A stretch of DNA of 64,000 bases from Terracidiphilus sp. (lineage in GTDB: Bacteria > Acidobacteriota > Terriglobia > Terriglobales > Acidobacteriaceae). Each line of letters begins with the position of its first letter. Position 1 is the first letter of the stretch. The DNA lies in assembly GCA_036502905.1 (NCBI GenBank), contig DASXXV010000079.1, forward strand, positions 9,507 through 73,506, written 5' to 3'. The notes under the pieces were generated by a model. It did no database searches. It was not told the DNA's origin and worked only from the letters and a program-made list of their open reading frames with translations. This document shows positions 1 to 10,101 of this stretch, piece after piece. Position numbers and translations under genes: made by a program.

Positions 1-32
1 CGGACACGGTGGATGACCTGATCTGCCTCTGA
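1..32 (+). CDS. 3' end of an upstream gene (…DTVDDLICL*), product unknown, possibly an acyl-carrier-like C-terminus
   Basis: Open frame from the window edge to TGA at 30-32; only 9 codons are visible. Confidence 0.3.
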   Translation, partial: DTVDDLICL

Positions 33-156
33 AACCGCCGCCGCCTCCGCTGGTCCGTTCTCCACGCCATCTTTTCTAATGCCCCCCTGTGTCCCGCCGA
101 TGATCTGCGTGGACGCATACCGTTGTGCGCCTGACTGGAAATAGGCGAGAGGTTCT

Positions 157-1017
157 GTGCGCAGGCTGGTCAAACACGCGGTTCGACTGATGATCACGCT
201 TTTGCTGGGCGGATTCCTGAGCGCCACGCTGGTGCGGCTGGCGCCGGGATACGGCGCGGGCGAAGAGGACCTGGATAGCCGGCTGAGCGGGGAGAGTCAC
301 GCCGCTCTTCGCCAGGCGCGCGGCCGAGAGGAGAGTCTGCCGAGATATTACCTGCGCTACCTGGAGCGGCTTATGCATGGCGACCTGGGAGAATCGTTGG
401 GCACCCATGAATCGGTGCGGCAACTTCTCGCGGATCGATTTCCCGAGACGTTTGCCACGGTTACGGCGGGACTTGCATTTGCATGGACGTTGGGGCTCGG
501 CCTTGCATTGCTGGCCGTGGCATCGCGTTGCGCGGTGATGCAATCGGCCGCCAACTTGGCGGCGGCCGTCGTGATCTGTATACCGGCGGCGGTGCTCGCG
601 CTGTTGTTCGTCATGGCGCGGGCGCCAGGGCGACTGGCCGTAGGGGTGATCGTGTTCCCCAAGCTCTATCAGTACGCGCGCAACCTGCTGGGCCGCAGTT
701 TCGCACTTCCGCATGTGTTGACGGCGCGCGCCAAGGGGCTGACTTCGCTACGCATCCTGGTGTGGCACGTTCTGCCGGTATCGGCGCGACCCTTGCTGGC
801 GCTGGCCGGCGTCAGTGTCTGCACGGCATTCGCCGCGGCCATTCCGGTAGAGGTGGTTTGCGATCTGCCAGGAATCGGCCAGCTCGCCTGGAAAGCGGCG
901 CTCAGCCGGGACCTGGGATTGCTGGTGAACCTGACGATGCTGGTCACGCTGATCGCGCTGGCGGCCAACGCCGCAGCCGACCTGCTCGGCCAGCCGACGC
1001 GCACGGAGCGATCATGA
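157..1017 (+). CDS. ABC transporter permease, DppB/OppB family
   Basis: YLERLMHGDLGESL N-terminal motif, TARAKGL EAA-like loop, LPGIGQL…RD motif, several TM helices; ATGA overlap with the next gene. Confidence 0.9.
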   Translation: MRRLVKHAVRLMITLLLGGFLSATLVRLAPGYGAGEEDLDSRLSGESHAALRQARGREESLPRYYLRYLERLMHGDLGESLGTHESVRQLLADRFPETFATVTAGLAFAWTLGLGLALLAVASRCAVMQSAANLAAAVVICIPAAVLALLFVMARAPGRLAVGVIVFPKLYQYARNLLGRSFALPHVLTARAKGLTSLRILVWHVLPVSARPLLALAGVSVCTAFAAAIPVEVVCDLPGIGQLAWKAALSRDLGLLVNLTMLVTLIALAANAAADLLGQPTRTERS

Positions 1018-1820
1018 AGCGCATCCGCACCGCTTCAATTCTCTTCCTGCTCGCGGTCGCGCTGGCGTGTGGCTTTGCAGATTTGATCGCGCCGAACGGC
1101 TACGCCCGGCAGTACCGCGATGCGCCGGAAGCGGCATGTTCGCGCCAACATTGGCTGGGCACCGACGACCTGGGCCGCGACCGTTTCGCGCGGCTGCTTT
1201 ACGGCACGCGCGTTTCGCTCACCCTGGCGCCCGCAGCGGCGCTGCTCTCCACATTGCTGGCCGCCCTCATCGGCGGCAGCGCGGGATTTGCGGGAGGCTG
1301 GTTCGCGACCCTGGTCATGAGCGCCACCGATCTGGTGCTCTCGCTGCCATGGTTCTTTCTGTTGATCACAGTACGCGCCCTGCTTCCGCTGAATGTCGAT
1401 CCGCGGGCATCGGTAGCCCTCACCTTCGCCTTGCTGGGATGCCTGGGATGGGCGGGGGCAGCGCGGGTTATCTGCGCCGATGCGCGCTCCCTCCGCTCTT
1501 CGGACATGATCCTCCTGGCGCGCGCCTCCGGAATTCCCCCCATCCGCCTGCTTATGCGCCACCTTCTCCCCAATCTGAAACCGGTGCTGTATGCGCAGTT
1601 CTGGATCTCGATCCCGGTGTTCATCCTGGCGGAAGCCAATCTCGGCATGCTCGGCCTGGGCGTGGCGGAGCCGCTGCCGTCGTGGGGCAGCCTGCTGCGC
1701 GAGCTCGAGAGCTTCACTACCGGCGGCGCTGGGCCGTGGCAGTTTGCGCCGCTGATATTGCTGGTTGCCACCATAAGCTGCTTCCACCTTGCGTTCGAAA
1801 AGGAGGATCAATGGGCCTGA
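1014..1820 (+). CDS. ABC transporter permease, DppC/OppC family
   Basis: HWLGTDDLGRD…YGTRVSL, HLLPN, EANLGMLGLG…PSWG motifs. Start placed at ATG 1014 (ATGA overlap), not the longer ORF start at 483. Confidence 0.9.
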   Translation: MKRIRTASILFLLAVALACGFADLIAPNGYARQYRDAPEAACSRQHWLGTDDLGRDRFARLLYGTRVSLTLAPAAALLSTLLAALIGGSAGFAGGWFATLVMSATDLVLSLPWFFLLITVRALLPLNVDPRASVALTFALLGCLGWAGAARVICADARSLRSSDMILLARASGIPPIRLLMRHLLPNLKPVLYAQFWISIPVFILAEANLGMLGLGVAEPLPSWGSLLRELESFTTGGAGPWQFAPLILLVATISCFHLAFEKEDQWA

Positions 1821-3436
1821 AGGCACGTCTTTTCCTGTTTGTGATTACGAGCATTGGCGGTGCGATCGGGGCCGCGCAGGAGAAGAATCAGCTTCGCTTC
1901 TGCCTGGGCGCGCAACCGCGGACATTCAACCCGTTGCTGGTCGCCGATGAAGCCTCTGAGACGGTTCGTTATCTCACCGGGGGCGTGCTCATGCGGCTCA
2001 ATCGCGCCTCCCAGCAACTCGAGCCGGAATTGGCCACGGCGTGGAAGATCAACCATGCGGGCAATGCGATCGTCTTCACGCTGCGCGAAGGCTTGCGCTT
2101 TTCCGACGGCTCTTCGTTTTCTGCCGAAGACGTGGCCTACACCGTGCAGCAATTAATGGATCCCGCCCTGCACTCTCCGACCGGCGACTCGTTTCGTTCC
2201 GGGGAAGGCAAGGTGGTTACCCGCGTGGAAGGGAAATACAGCATCACGATCACATTTCCCTCGCCGGTGGTCGGCCTGGACAAACTGTTTGACCAGGTGG
2301 CGATTCTCTCGGCGACTTCGAAGCAGAAGGAAATGGCGGTACTCGGACCCTACTACGTGGAGAACAAATCGGGCTCGCATCTGGTGTTGCGGCGCAATCC
2401 GAATTACTGGAAACGCGACGCGGCCGGGCGGCAATTGCCATACATCGATTCGGTCCGGCTGGATATCCAGGAGAATCGCGACATGGAGATGCTCCGCCTC
2501 CAGCGGGGCGAAATCGATCTCATCAATTCGCTGAACGCCGAGTCCTTCGACCGCCTGAAGGCCGCGGCGCCGGAGATGGCACACGATGCGGGCGTGTCGC
2601 TCGATTCCGAGGAGATGTGGTTCAACCAGGTACCCTCGTCCCCACTGCCAGAGTACAAAAAGGCCTGGTTTCGATCTACGCGATTCCGCCGCGCCGTCTC
2701 CTCCGCTATTCGCCGCGATGATCTGGCCCGCGTAGTGTTTCGCGGACATGCGCAGGCGGCAGTGAGCTGGATATCGCCGGCCAATAAGTTTTGGTACAAC
2801 CAGCGTCTCCATCCGCATGGATTCGACCTCAAGAGCGCACTGGATCTCCTCGGCGCGGACGGCTTTCGCATCGACAGGCAGGTGCTGCGGGACCGTGCGG
2901 GGCATGCCGTCGAGTTCTCGGTCATCACCAATGCGGGCAACAAGGACCGCGAGCGCTTGGCGGCCATGATCCAGCAGGACCTGGCAGCCATCGGCATCCG
3001 CCTCAACGTGGTCACGCTGGATTTTATGTCGCTCATGGAGCGGATCACGCGCACATTCAACTACGAAGCCTGCCTGCTGGGGCTGGTGAACGACGAACTC
3101 GATCCCAATGCGCAAATGAACATCTGGCTGAGCTCGGCCGAGAACCACCAGTGGAACCCGCAGCAGAAAACGCCCGCCACCGCATGGGAGGCGGAGATCG
3201 ACCGCCTGATGCGTCTGCAGGCCTCGACACTCGATGGGAAAAGGCGAAAGCAGGCCGTAGATCGCGTGCAGGAGATTGTATGGGAGCAGGAGCCCTTTAT
3301 CTATCTCGTGAACAAGAATGCGTTGTCGGCCGTCTCCCCCAATGTGCATCACGCGCGCCCGGTGGCGCTGCGGCCGCAGACATTCTGGAACATCGATGAA
3401 CTCACGCTGGAAAACGAGAACGCGAGCAGGCGATGA
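1811..3436 (+). CDS. ABC transporter substrate-binding protein, family 5 (peptide/nickel type)
   Basis: AGGAGG RBS before ATG 1811, signal peptide, PELATAW…FTLREGLRFSDG…AEDV signature, GPY…RNPNYW. Confidence 0.9.
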   Translation: MGLKARLFLFVITSIGGAIGAAQEKNQLRFCLGAQPRTFNPLLVADEASETVRYLTGGVLMRLNRASQQLEPELATAWKINHAGNAIVFTLREGLRFSDGSSFSAEDVAYTVQQLMDPALHSPTGDSFRSGEGKVVTRVEGKYSITITFPSPVVGLDKLFDQVAILSATSKQKEMAVLGPYYVENKSGSHLVLRRNPNYWKRDAAGRQLPYIDSVRLDIQENRDMEMLRLQRGEIDLINSLNAESFDRLKAAAPEMAHDAGVSLDSEEMWFNQVPSSPLPEYKKAWFRSTRFRRAVSSAIRRDDLARVVFRGHAQAAVSWISPANKFWYNQRLHPHGFDLKSALDLLGADGFRIDRQVLRDRAGHAVEFSVITNAGNKDRERLAAMIQQDLAAIGIRLNVVTLDFMSLMERITRTFNYEACLLGLVNDELDPNAQMNIWLSSAENHQWNPQQKTPATAWEAEIDRLMRLQASTLDGKRRKQAVDRVQEIVWEQEPFIYLVNKNALSAVSPNVHHARPVALRPQTFWNIDELTLENENASRR

Positions 3437-4245
3437 AAGAAGCGCCCCTATTATCGGCCCGCATTTCGGCCAGTTATCCCAGCCGGCCGGAGGTGTTGCG
3501 CGGAGTCTGCCTCGAGGTGGGACGGGGTGAAGTGCTGGGCCTGGTGGGCGAAAGCGGCTGCGGCAAAAGCACGCTGGCGCTGGCGATTCTCCGGCTCCTG
3601 CACCTGAAACGCGGCCGCGCTGAGGGCAGCATCCGCTTCGACGACCGGGACTTGATGCTGCTTCGCGAGCGGGAGATGCGGAGTGTGCGCGGGCGCGGGA
3701 TCGGGCTGGTGCTGCAAAGTCCTATGTCCGCGCTCAATCCCGCACTGCGCGTGGGCACGCAACTGGAAGAAGCCTGGCGCGCTCACCGGCAATCGACGCG
3801 CGCCGAATGCGAACGCGCGGTTCTGGAGACGCTCGAAAGCGTAAGCCTCAGCGCCGGCCGCGACCTGCTGCGACGGTTTCCCCCGGAACTCAGCGTGGGC
3901 CAGGCGCAGCGCGTGCTCATCGGCATGGCCGTGCTGCACCGGCCGAAGCTGCTGATAGCCGATGAGGCTACCAGCGCGCTCGATCTGGTCACGCAAGCGG
4001 AAATTCTTTCCCTGTTTTCGTCTCTCAGCCGGAGGATGGGGATCGGCGTGCTCTACATCTCGCACGATCTATTGTCGGTCGCCACCATCAGCCATCGCGT
4101 TGCGGTGATGGATAAGGGCGAAATCGTGGAGTGCCGCGATACCCAGGATTTGTTCACATCGCCCGAACATGCCTACACGCGCAAGCTGATCGCCGCGCTC
4201 CCCGTGGTGCCAAAATTCGAACAGTCCCTGCGGGCGACGGTTTAA
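3433..4245 (+). CDS. ABC transporter ATP-binding protein, DppD/OppD family
   Basis: Walker A GESGCGKST, signature LSVGQ, Walker B LLIADEATSALD, ISHDL, HAYTRKL. Confidence 0.92.
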   Translation: MKEAPLLSARISASYPSRPEVLRGVCLEVGRGEVLGLVGESGCGKSTLALAILRLLHLKRGRAEGSIRFDDRDLMLLREREMRSVRGRGIGLVLQSPMSALNPALRVGTQLEEAWRAHRQSTRAECERAVLETLESVSLSAGRDLLRRFPPELSVGQAQRVLIGMAVLHRPKLLIADEATSALDLVTQAEILSLFSSLSRRMGIGVLYISHDLLSVATISHRVAVMDKGEIVECRDTQDLFTSPEHAYTRKLIAALPVVPKFEQSLRATV

Positions 4246-5780
4246 TCCCTGCGCCGGGCGCGGATCACGATGTCCTCCCGGAACGATGGCAACGTGAATG
4301 CGTTCCGGCCGCTTCCCTTCATCAGAAGGGCCGGTGACGATTCGCCGGTCACAGGCGAATAGAGCGAAACGTCGTAATCGCCGGCCGGCAGCGAGAGGGA
4401 AACGCTGCCCTCGATTGCATCTCCGGCCGACGGATCGGATAATTCGCGCCCATCGCCAAGATAGGCCACGTACTCGCGTCCGCCGATCGACAGCCCGGAG
4501 ATGACGGTGTTCTTGGGCGCATCCGCAATCCAGCCCGTGTCCGGCCTGGCGTGAACAAAATCCAGGGCGCTCATGAACTCGGAAAGATGCTGCATCCAGG
4601 TCCGAATGGCGCGCCGCGAGGCCGGCGTCCCTGCTTCGCTGCCCACCGTGATGGAGAAGTCGATGTAATCGTAATGGCAACCGTTCATGAGCGCCGTCCA
4701 CGCGCGCTTTCGGTGAATGGTCCAACCCGTCGCGTCACGATACATGCTGGCGGTGTTGTCTTCATCGAGGACGGTGGGCTTGGGGGACGAGTACGCGGCC
4801 TTGCAGAATCCCGCCACCTGGTCGAGCCGCAATTGCTTCGACATGAAGTTGCCCATGTCGAAGACATGTCCGCCGAATTGGGTCTCAGGCAAGGGATGAT
4901 CGTTCACGATATCGAACGTTTTGCCGGCGAAGCTCGCGTCCATGGGGAAATGGTTCTTCGCGCCGTAACTGAAGGCCTGCTGACCGGCGAGCAGATGAGG
5001 CCGGTTCTGACGCTGCAACTGGTCGCGCATCACGCGCGCCATCTCCTCCTGCCAGGCGTCCACGTCGGCCGGCGTCGCGTGGCCGGGAACGCCGCCTCCC
5101 GGCTCGTTGCAGATTTCGTAGTAGACGTTATCGAAGCTGCTGGTCTCCTCGATGATTTTGCGCGCGAATGTCTTCTGCCGCTCCACAAGGTCGCGATTTT
5201 TCAACGTGAGGTAATCTTCCCACTCGATATCGCCCACGCGCTGCCGGTTGTTCTCCTTGCGCAGAGGGTTGAGCGCCCAGATGTTCTCGGCGTAGGTATT
5301 GCTGAAGACGGTGAGCTCCACAACGATGCCTCGTTTCGAAGCTGCCTCGAGGAAGCGGTGCAGGCGATCGAAGTACTCCGGGTTCCAGCGGTCGAGGTCA
5401 TACATCGGCTCTCCGTCGAGCGCATTGCCAGGACCGGTGCGCACCCAGGGAGCAATGTAGTCGGGCGAATCGGGCTTGCACGGTGAGGATGGATTGCGCG
5501 CGCTCTGCAGTTCGCGAAAGAGCAGAAAGGTGCGCGTCATCGTCATTCCGTGGGCGGCCGCATCGTCAAGGTACTTCTCGAAATCGAAAGGCCGGTTGAT
5601 TACGGACCCGTAGTGTTCGCTGGCCGAGACGAGCACCAGCGGCTTGCCGCGAAAGAGGAGATACTTCGGGTTCTCCGGATCGATTTTCACCGCATCCTGT
5701 GTTTGCGCCCCCGCGGCCAGCGCCACGGTGAACGCCACTGCTGCTGCGCAGCCTCTCATTTCCATTTGCCAGTTCCGCAT
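4242..5780 (-). CDS. Secreted glycoside hydrolase, clan GH-A (GH5/cellulase-like) with C-terminal beta-sandwich domain
   Basis: Signal peptide, YYEICNEP acid/base motif, PTVLDED putative nucleophile. Start uncertain (5780, 5765 or 5759). Confidence 0.7.
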   Translation of the reverse strand: MRNWQMEMRGCAAAVAFTVALAAGAQTQDAVKIDPENPKYLLFRGKPLVLVSASEHYGSVINRPFDFEKYLDDAAAHGMTMTRTFLLFRELQSARNPSSPCKPDSPDYIAPWVRTGPGNALDGEPMYDLDRWNPEYFDRLHRFLEAASKRGIVVELTVFSNTYAENIWALNPLRKENNRQRVGDIEWEDYLTLKNRDLVERQKTFARKIIEETSSFDNVYYEICNEPGGGVPGHATPADVDAWQEEMARVMRDQLQRQNRPHLLAGQQAFSYGAKNHFPMDASFAGKTFDIVNDHPLPETQFGGHVFDMGNFMSKQLRLDQVAGFCKAAYSSPKPTVLDEDNTASMYRDATGWTIHRKRAWTALMNGCHYDYIDFSITVGSEAGTPASRRAIRTWMQHLSEFMSALDFVHARPDTGWIADAPKNTVISGLSIGGREYVAYLGDGRELSDPSAGDAIEGSVSLSLPAGDYDVSLYSPVTGESSPALLMKGSGRNAFTLPSFREDIVIRARRRD

Positions 5781-5893
5781 GCAATTGTTTCCGTCGTCCC
5801 GGTGGATCATAGCGACGGAGGCGAAGCCGGTCAACGGCAATCGCGGCTGCGATTCTGAGCGCCGCGCGCTCTCTGCTGCTACACTGTGCGGCA

Positions 5894-6781
5894 ATGAAGA
5901 CAATGGCCTTTCGAATGTTTTGCGCGGCGGCTCTGCTTTTTCTTACCCGCTCGGGTATCGCTCAGGATGTGATTCCACTCTACCCCGGCACGCCGCCCGG
6001 CTCTGCGCAGCAGAACTATCCGGAGAAGCAGTATTTTTCAAAGGCCTGGAATTCTCAAGTGGTCAGCAACGTCACCAAGCCGAGTTTGACGGTTTTCAAG
6101 CCTTCGCCCGAATTGAAGAACGGCACCGCCATCGTGATCTGTCCGGGCGGAGGATTTATGGCGCTCTCCATCGAAAGCGAGGGTTACGAGGTCGCGAAGT
6201 ACCTGGCTGCAAAAGGCGTGACCGCGTTCGTATTGAAGTATCGGCTGGCGCATACGGGCGAAGACGCGACCCAGGAGTTCAGCACGTTAATCGCCGACCA
6301 CGCCCGGTTTGCGGAGTTGCGCGACAAGATAGAACCACAGGCTGCCGCAGACGGACTGGCCGCCGTTGCCTACGTTCGCCAGCATGCGCCGGAGTGGGGA
6401 ATTGCGCAGGATCGAGTAGGCATTATCGGCTTCTCGGCCGGTGGAGCGGTCACATCCGAAGTGGCGTTTCACTACAAACCGGAGAGCCGGCCCGCATTTG
6501 TCGCACCCATATACGCGGGCGGCATGTCGATAAATGAGGCGACCGTTCCCGCGGATGCGCCTCCAATGTTCGTTGCGGCGGCCAGCGATGATCAACTCGG
6601 GCTGGCGCCGCTGAGCCTGGCCTTGTATCACAAGTGGACCCAGGCGCATAAGTCCGGCGAATTGCACATCTATGCGAAAGGCGGACATGGTTTCGGCATG
6701 CGCAAGCAGAATCTGCCCACGGATCACTGGATCGACCGGTTTTCTGATTGGCTGGAGCAGCAGGGATTTTTGAAGAAGTGA
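5894..6781 (+). CDS. Secreted alpha/beta hydrolase (carbohydrate esterase-like)
   Basis: Signal peptide, ICPGGGF oxyanion motif, GFSAGG nucleophile elbow, GGHGFG His motif. Confidence 0.85.
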   Translation: MKTMAFRMFCAAALLFLTRSGIAQDVIPLYPGTPPGSAQQNYPEKQYFSKAWNSQVVSNVTKPSLTVFKPSPELKNGTAIVICPGGGFMALSIESEGYEVAKYLAAKGVTAFVLKYRLAHTGEDATQEFSTLIADHARFAELRDKIEPQAAADGLAAVAYVRQHAPEWGIAQDRVGIIGFSAGGAVTSEVAFHYKPESRPAFVAPIYAGGMSINEATVPADAPPMFVAAASDDQLGLAPLSLALYHKWTQAHKSGELHIYAKGGHGFGMRKQNLPTDHWIDRFSDWLEQQGFLKK

Positions 6782-6818
6782 TCAGCGGCCGGTCGTCAAC
6801 GGTTGGTGGCCAGGTACA

Positions 6819-8450
6819 TCACTGCCCCGGATGTCCGAGCTTCTTCCGCGCGGTTATCAACTCGGGCAGGTCGGGGTCGGCGTGGCTCCAGTACTTCTCG
6901 GCGGCGGCGAACATCTGTTGCGAACCCTCGGCCTCGCCGGCGTGCTCGGCTACCAGGCCAAAAGCATAATGACCACCGGCGTAGTAGGGATCGTGTTGAA
7001 TCAGCTGCTGGGCGGTGTACTGGGCGAGCGGCCAGTCGTCGGACTCGCGGGCCAGGCGGGCGATCGAATCGAGCACAAAAATGGCGGCGACCCAGCCGTC
7101 CGGTCCGGGCATGGCCATCGCCGATTGTTCTACCTTGACGAAGATGGCCTCCCCTTCCTGCGTGCGGCCGTCGTGCAGCAGCAGCGCCGCCTCCAGGGCC
7201 GCGGGGTAGGGCAGCGCCGCCACCACCCGTTCCGGAATGTGCGCCGCTTCCTTCTGGGCTAGCGCGAGCTCCTGCTTTACCTCGTCGGCCCGGTTCAGAG
7301 CCAGGTCCGCTTCCCCCGCCAGGGTGTGCGCCGCCATGCGCGCCATGGGCCACTGGCTCTTGGCCAATTCCTGCGCGGCGGTGAGCGCCTCCTCGTACCG
7401 TGCGCGGCCGAGCAGGAACTCCGGCCATGCGCGGCGATTGTAAGCAAGGAATTCAGTGTAGGCGGGCAGCGCAAATGCCTCGCGCAGCAGCTTCTCCGCG
7501 GTCTTCATCTGTCCAAGCAGCTCGTAATTCATCGCCATGAGCTGCAGATTGTGCGCATGGTGCCAGTCATACTGGGCGGGGATACCTTCGGCCTTGTACT
7601 CGTTCTCTTCCAGCGTGTTGGTTTTGACGAATTCCTGGATGGCTTCCTCGGTTCGTCCCTCGCGCATCAGCTCGTGGCCGTGCATATGGTGGGCATGAGG
7701 AATGGCATACGCAAGCCGCGCATAAGTGGCGCTCTGCTCCAGCGCCGCCTTGATGTTGCCCAGGTTTTCATTGGCGTGGATCGCGTAGTGGAAGGCGGCG
7801 ATATTGCCGGCATCGAGGGCCAGCGCTTTTTTGTAGAAGGGCAGAGACTCGGCGCCGCTGGCCTGGCCGTGCGTAAACGGTGATGCCTCGGCAGCCAGGC
7901 CGCGCTGCACCAGCAGCCAGGGATCGCGAGGGTTCGCTGTGATGGCGTCGTCAATCGACTGGCGGTAGGCGGCATACTTCTCCGGATCGTTTCCGCTTTC
8001 TAGGGTTCTGATCTCGCGGTCGCGGATCGTCAGCCACGGGCGCTCGCTGGCGCTCATGAACTGAGCGAGTCCCTGCGCTTTTTGCCACGCAGACCGTGCC
8101 GAAGCGACGTCCTGAAGTCCGATGTACGCGTCGGCGAGCCCGATGCAGGCCATGGCGAGATGCGGATCGCTGCGAAGGGCCTGGCGGAAAGACCGGGCTG
8201 CGTCCACCCAGACATAGGAATGAAGGTAGGCAAGCCCCTGGTCATACATCCCCTGCGCCTGGACCGAGGAGGTGGAGACCTTCTGGTGCGCGTTGCCGAT
8301 GCCGGCGTGACGAGTGATGGGGCGCGAGAGGATCTCCTCCGGAACGGGACCGGCAGCAAGGTGATCGTGGGCGGCCTGCGCGGACAGCGTCAGAGCCGCA
8401 ACCAAAATCGCGGTCGAGCCAAAAACATACAGAGGACGGGGAGAAATCAT
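6819..8450 (-). CDS. Secreted TPR protein with His-rich motifs
   Basis: Signal peptide after ATG 8450, TPR-like helices, motifs HYAIH, HAHHMHGH, WHHAHN; 4-nt overlap with the upstream oxidoreductase stop. Confidence 0.8.
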   Translation of the reverse strand: MISPRPLYVFGSTAILVAALTLSAQAAHDHLAAGPVPEEILSRPITRHAGIGNAHQKVSTSSVQAQGMYDQGLAYLHSYVWVDAARSFRQALRSDPHLAMACIGLADAYIGLQDVASARSAWQKAQGLAQFMSASERPWLTIRDREIRTLESGNDPEKYAAYRQSIDDAITANPRDPWLLVQRGLAAEASPFTHGQASGAESLPFYKKALALDAGNIAAFHYAIHANENLGNIKAALEQSATYARLAYAIPHAHHMHGHELMREGRTEEAIQEFVKTNTLEENEYKAEGIPAQYDWHHAHNLQLMAMNYELLGQMKTAEKLLREAFALPAYTEFLAYNRRAWPEFLLGRARYEEALTAAQELAKSQWPMARMAAHTLAGEADLALNRADEVKQELALAQKEAAHIPERVVAALPYPAALEAALLLHDGRTQEGEAIFVKVEQSAMAMPGPDGWVAAIFVLDSIARLARESDDWPLAQYTAQQLIQHDPYYAGGHYAFGLVAEHAGEAEGSQQMFAAAEKYWSHADPDLPELITARKKLGHPGQ

Positions 8451-9670
8451 ATTTCGCTGATGTGTACAGTGCGATCGTACAATCCGAGATCCAATTTTCT
8501 GGCCTGCACCTCGGGGGCAGCTACGGCCATGCGAATGCGGTAGTCGCCCGGAGCGGAGGGCGTCCACGCATGGGTCCAGACCGTCCAGGGATCGGTTTTC
8601 CCCGGGCGAAAGCCAAACACAGGCACGAACTCTTCATCGGGATTGAAGCGAATTTTGAGGGCCGGGATGGGCTGCGCTCCGCTCCACGCAAGGCCGACGA
8701 TGCGGTAGCGCAGCTTGCCGCCCCCGATCCACTTTTCAATACGGGTGGGCAAGGCGGCGAGATCGACAACCGCCGAAGCGTACTCCCGCGCGAATTGTGG
8801 CCGTCCTTCCTGTAGAGTCCTCACCGCGTACTCCTGCATCTGCGAGCTCGCTTCGGCTCCTTCTGCCAGGAACGCGATGCGATTGACCCACTTGATGCAC
8901 GCGCAGCCATACCAGCCGGGTACGACGAGGCGGACCGGCGCTCCGTGATCGCGGGAGAGCGGCTGGCCATTCATTCCGGTAGCGAGGAAAGCTTCTTTCA
9001 ATGCATCCATCGGAAAAATCCAGCTCGCGCCGGGGATGGAGGTGTGCGAGGGCCCGGCGTAGTCGTCGAAGCCGGAGATCTCCACCCAGGCTGCACCGGG
9101 CCGGGGCTTTACGCGGGCCAGGACTTCCGTGACCGGCACGCCCGTCCAGCCGGCCACGCCGATCAGTCCAAAGCGCGTGAGGGCGACGTTGCCGGCGCAT
9201 TCCATCAGGTGAATGCCCATGGGCCGGGCGCCTTTTCGAAGGTGATCGATCGCGACCTCGGACGGCTGCTCCACCAGGCCATCGATTGCGATCTTCCAGT
9301 TGGCGGGACCGGGCAGCAGGCGCGACGTTGCGCTCCTGACGAAGAACTCGGCGTTGGGCGTCACCAGGTGGTCCACCGATACCTTAGCGAGATCCGTGAA
9401 CAGCCGTCCATCAAGTTCCGAGCCTGTCAGGGTACCAGCCGGAGCGACCTGTTCGTCCTCGAAGGGCACCAGGCCGACAAATTTTCCGTCCGGAGCGGGA
9501 TCAAGGGGGATCACCGCCCACGCGCGTTCCATTGCCAGGGAAAGGGCGGTCACCGTACCGGCTCGAAGGAAGTCGCGGCGCGTACGGTTTGGATCGGAAC
9601 GAACGGCATCCGGCGTGAAATTCCTGGCGGGAGTCATCGCACCGAAAAACGCTTCATCGCGATCTGGCAT
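8447..9670 (-). CDS. Tat-exported molybdopterin-dependent oxidoreductase (sulfite oxidase family)
   Basis: TRRDFLR twin-arginine signal, FFVR, LMECAGN (Mo-ligating Cys), WTGVP, MNGQPL…HGAPVRLVVPGWYG…KWV. Start uncertain (9670 or 9637). Confidence 0.85.
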   Translation of the reverse strand: MPDRDEAFFGAMTPARNFTPDAVRSDPNRTRRDFLRAGTVTALSLAMERAWAVIPLDPAPDGKFVGLVPFEDEQVAPAGTLTGSELDGRLFTDLAKVSVDHLVTPNAEFFVRSATSRLLPGPANWKIAIDGLVEQPSEVAIDHLRKGARPMGIHLMECAGNVALTRFGLIGVAGWTGVPVTEVLARVKPRPGAAWVEISGFDDYAGPSHTSIPGASWIFPMDALKEAFLATGMNGQPLSRDHGAPVRLVVPGWYGCACIKWVNRIAFLAEGAEASSQMQEYAVRTLQEGRPQFAREYASAVVDLAALPTRIEKWIGGGKLRYRIVGLAWSGAQPIPALKIRFNPDEEFVPVFGFRPGKTDPWTVWTHAWTPSAPGDYRIRMAVAAPEVQARKLDLGLYDRTVHISEI

Positions 9671-9801
9671 GGGATCGTTTCCAAGGTAAGTCGTGGGGCC
9701 GGCCTTTGGATTGCGCCAGCGCATCGGGCCGAGACCGTGGGACGAGTTGCCAGATAAATGCGATGGGAGGTCGTATTTTTGTGACGAACTGCATTTTCCC
9801 G

Positions 9802-9830
9802 TTGACACCATTTTTACACCCGATTTAACT
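9802..9830 (+). promoter_or_regulatory. Possible sigma70-type promoter for the TonB-dependent transporter
   Basis: Perfect TTGACA at 9802-9807 followed after 17 nt by a weak -10 (TTAACT). Confidence 0.35.
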
Positions 9831-10101
9831 TAGGCCTACCTGCTGGTCCCCGGCAGGCCCCTTCTATGTCGGTCCAGGGCCTTCATGGCCTCTTGTTCGT
9901 GGCTTTTTAGTGGTCTTCTGTAGCTCGCTTTCGCGTAGTTGCTGTACCGCTTCTTAACGGCCTGCTCTCAAGTGATCGGTAGCCGATACCCCAAAGAAAC
10001 GAACGACTTGAAACTTGCCCGGCGAAAGACCCCTGTTTCGTGGCGGAATGCACTTCCGCTGAACTGCACCCCTTTCTCTTCATCCCATGGAGGAATCAGT
10101 G

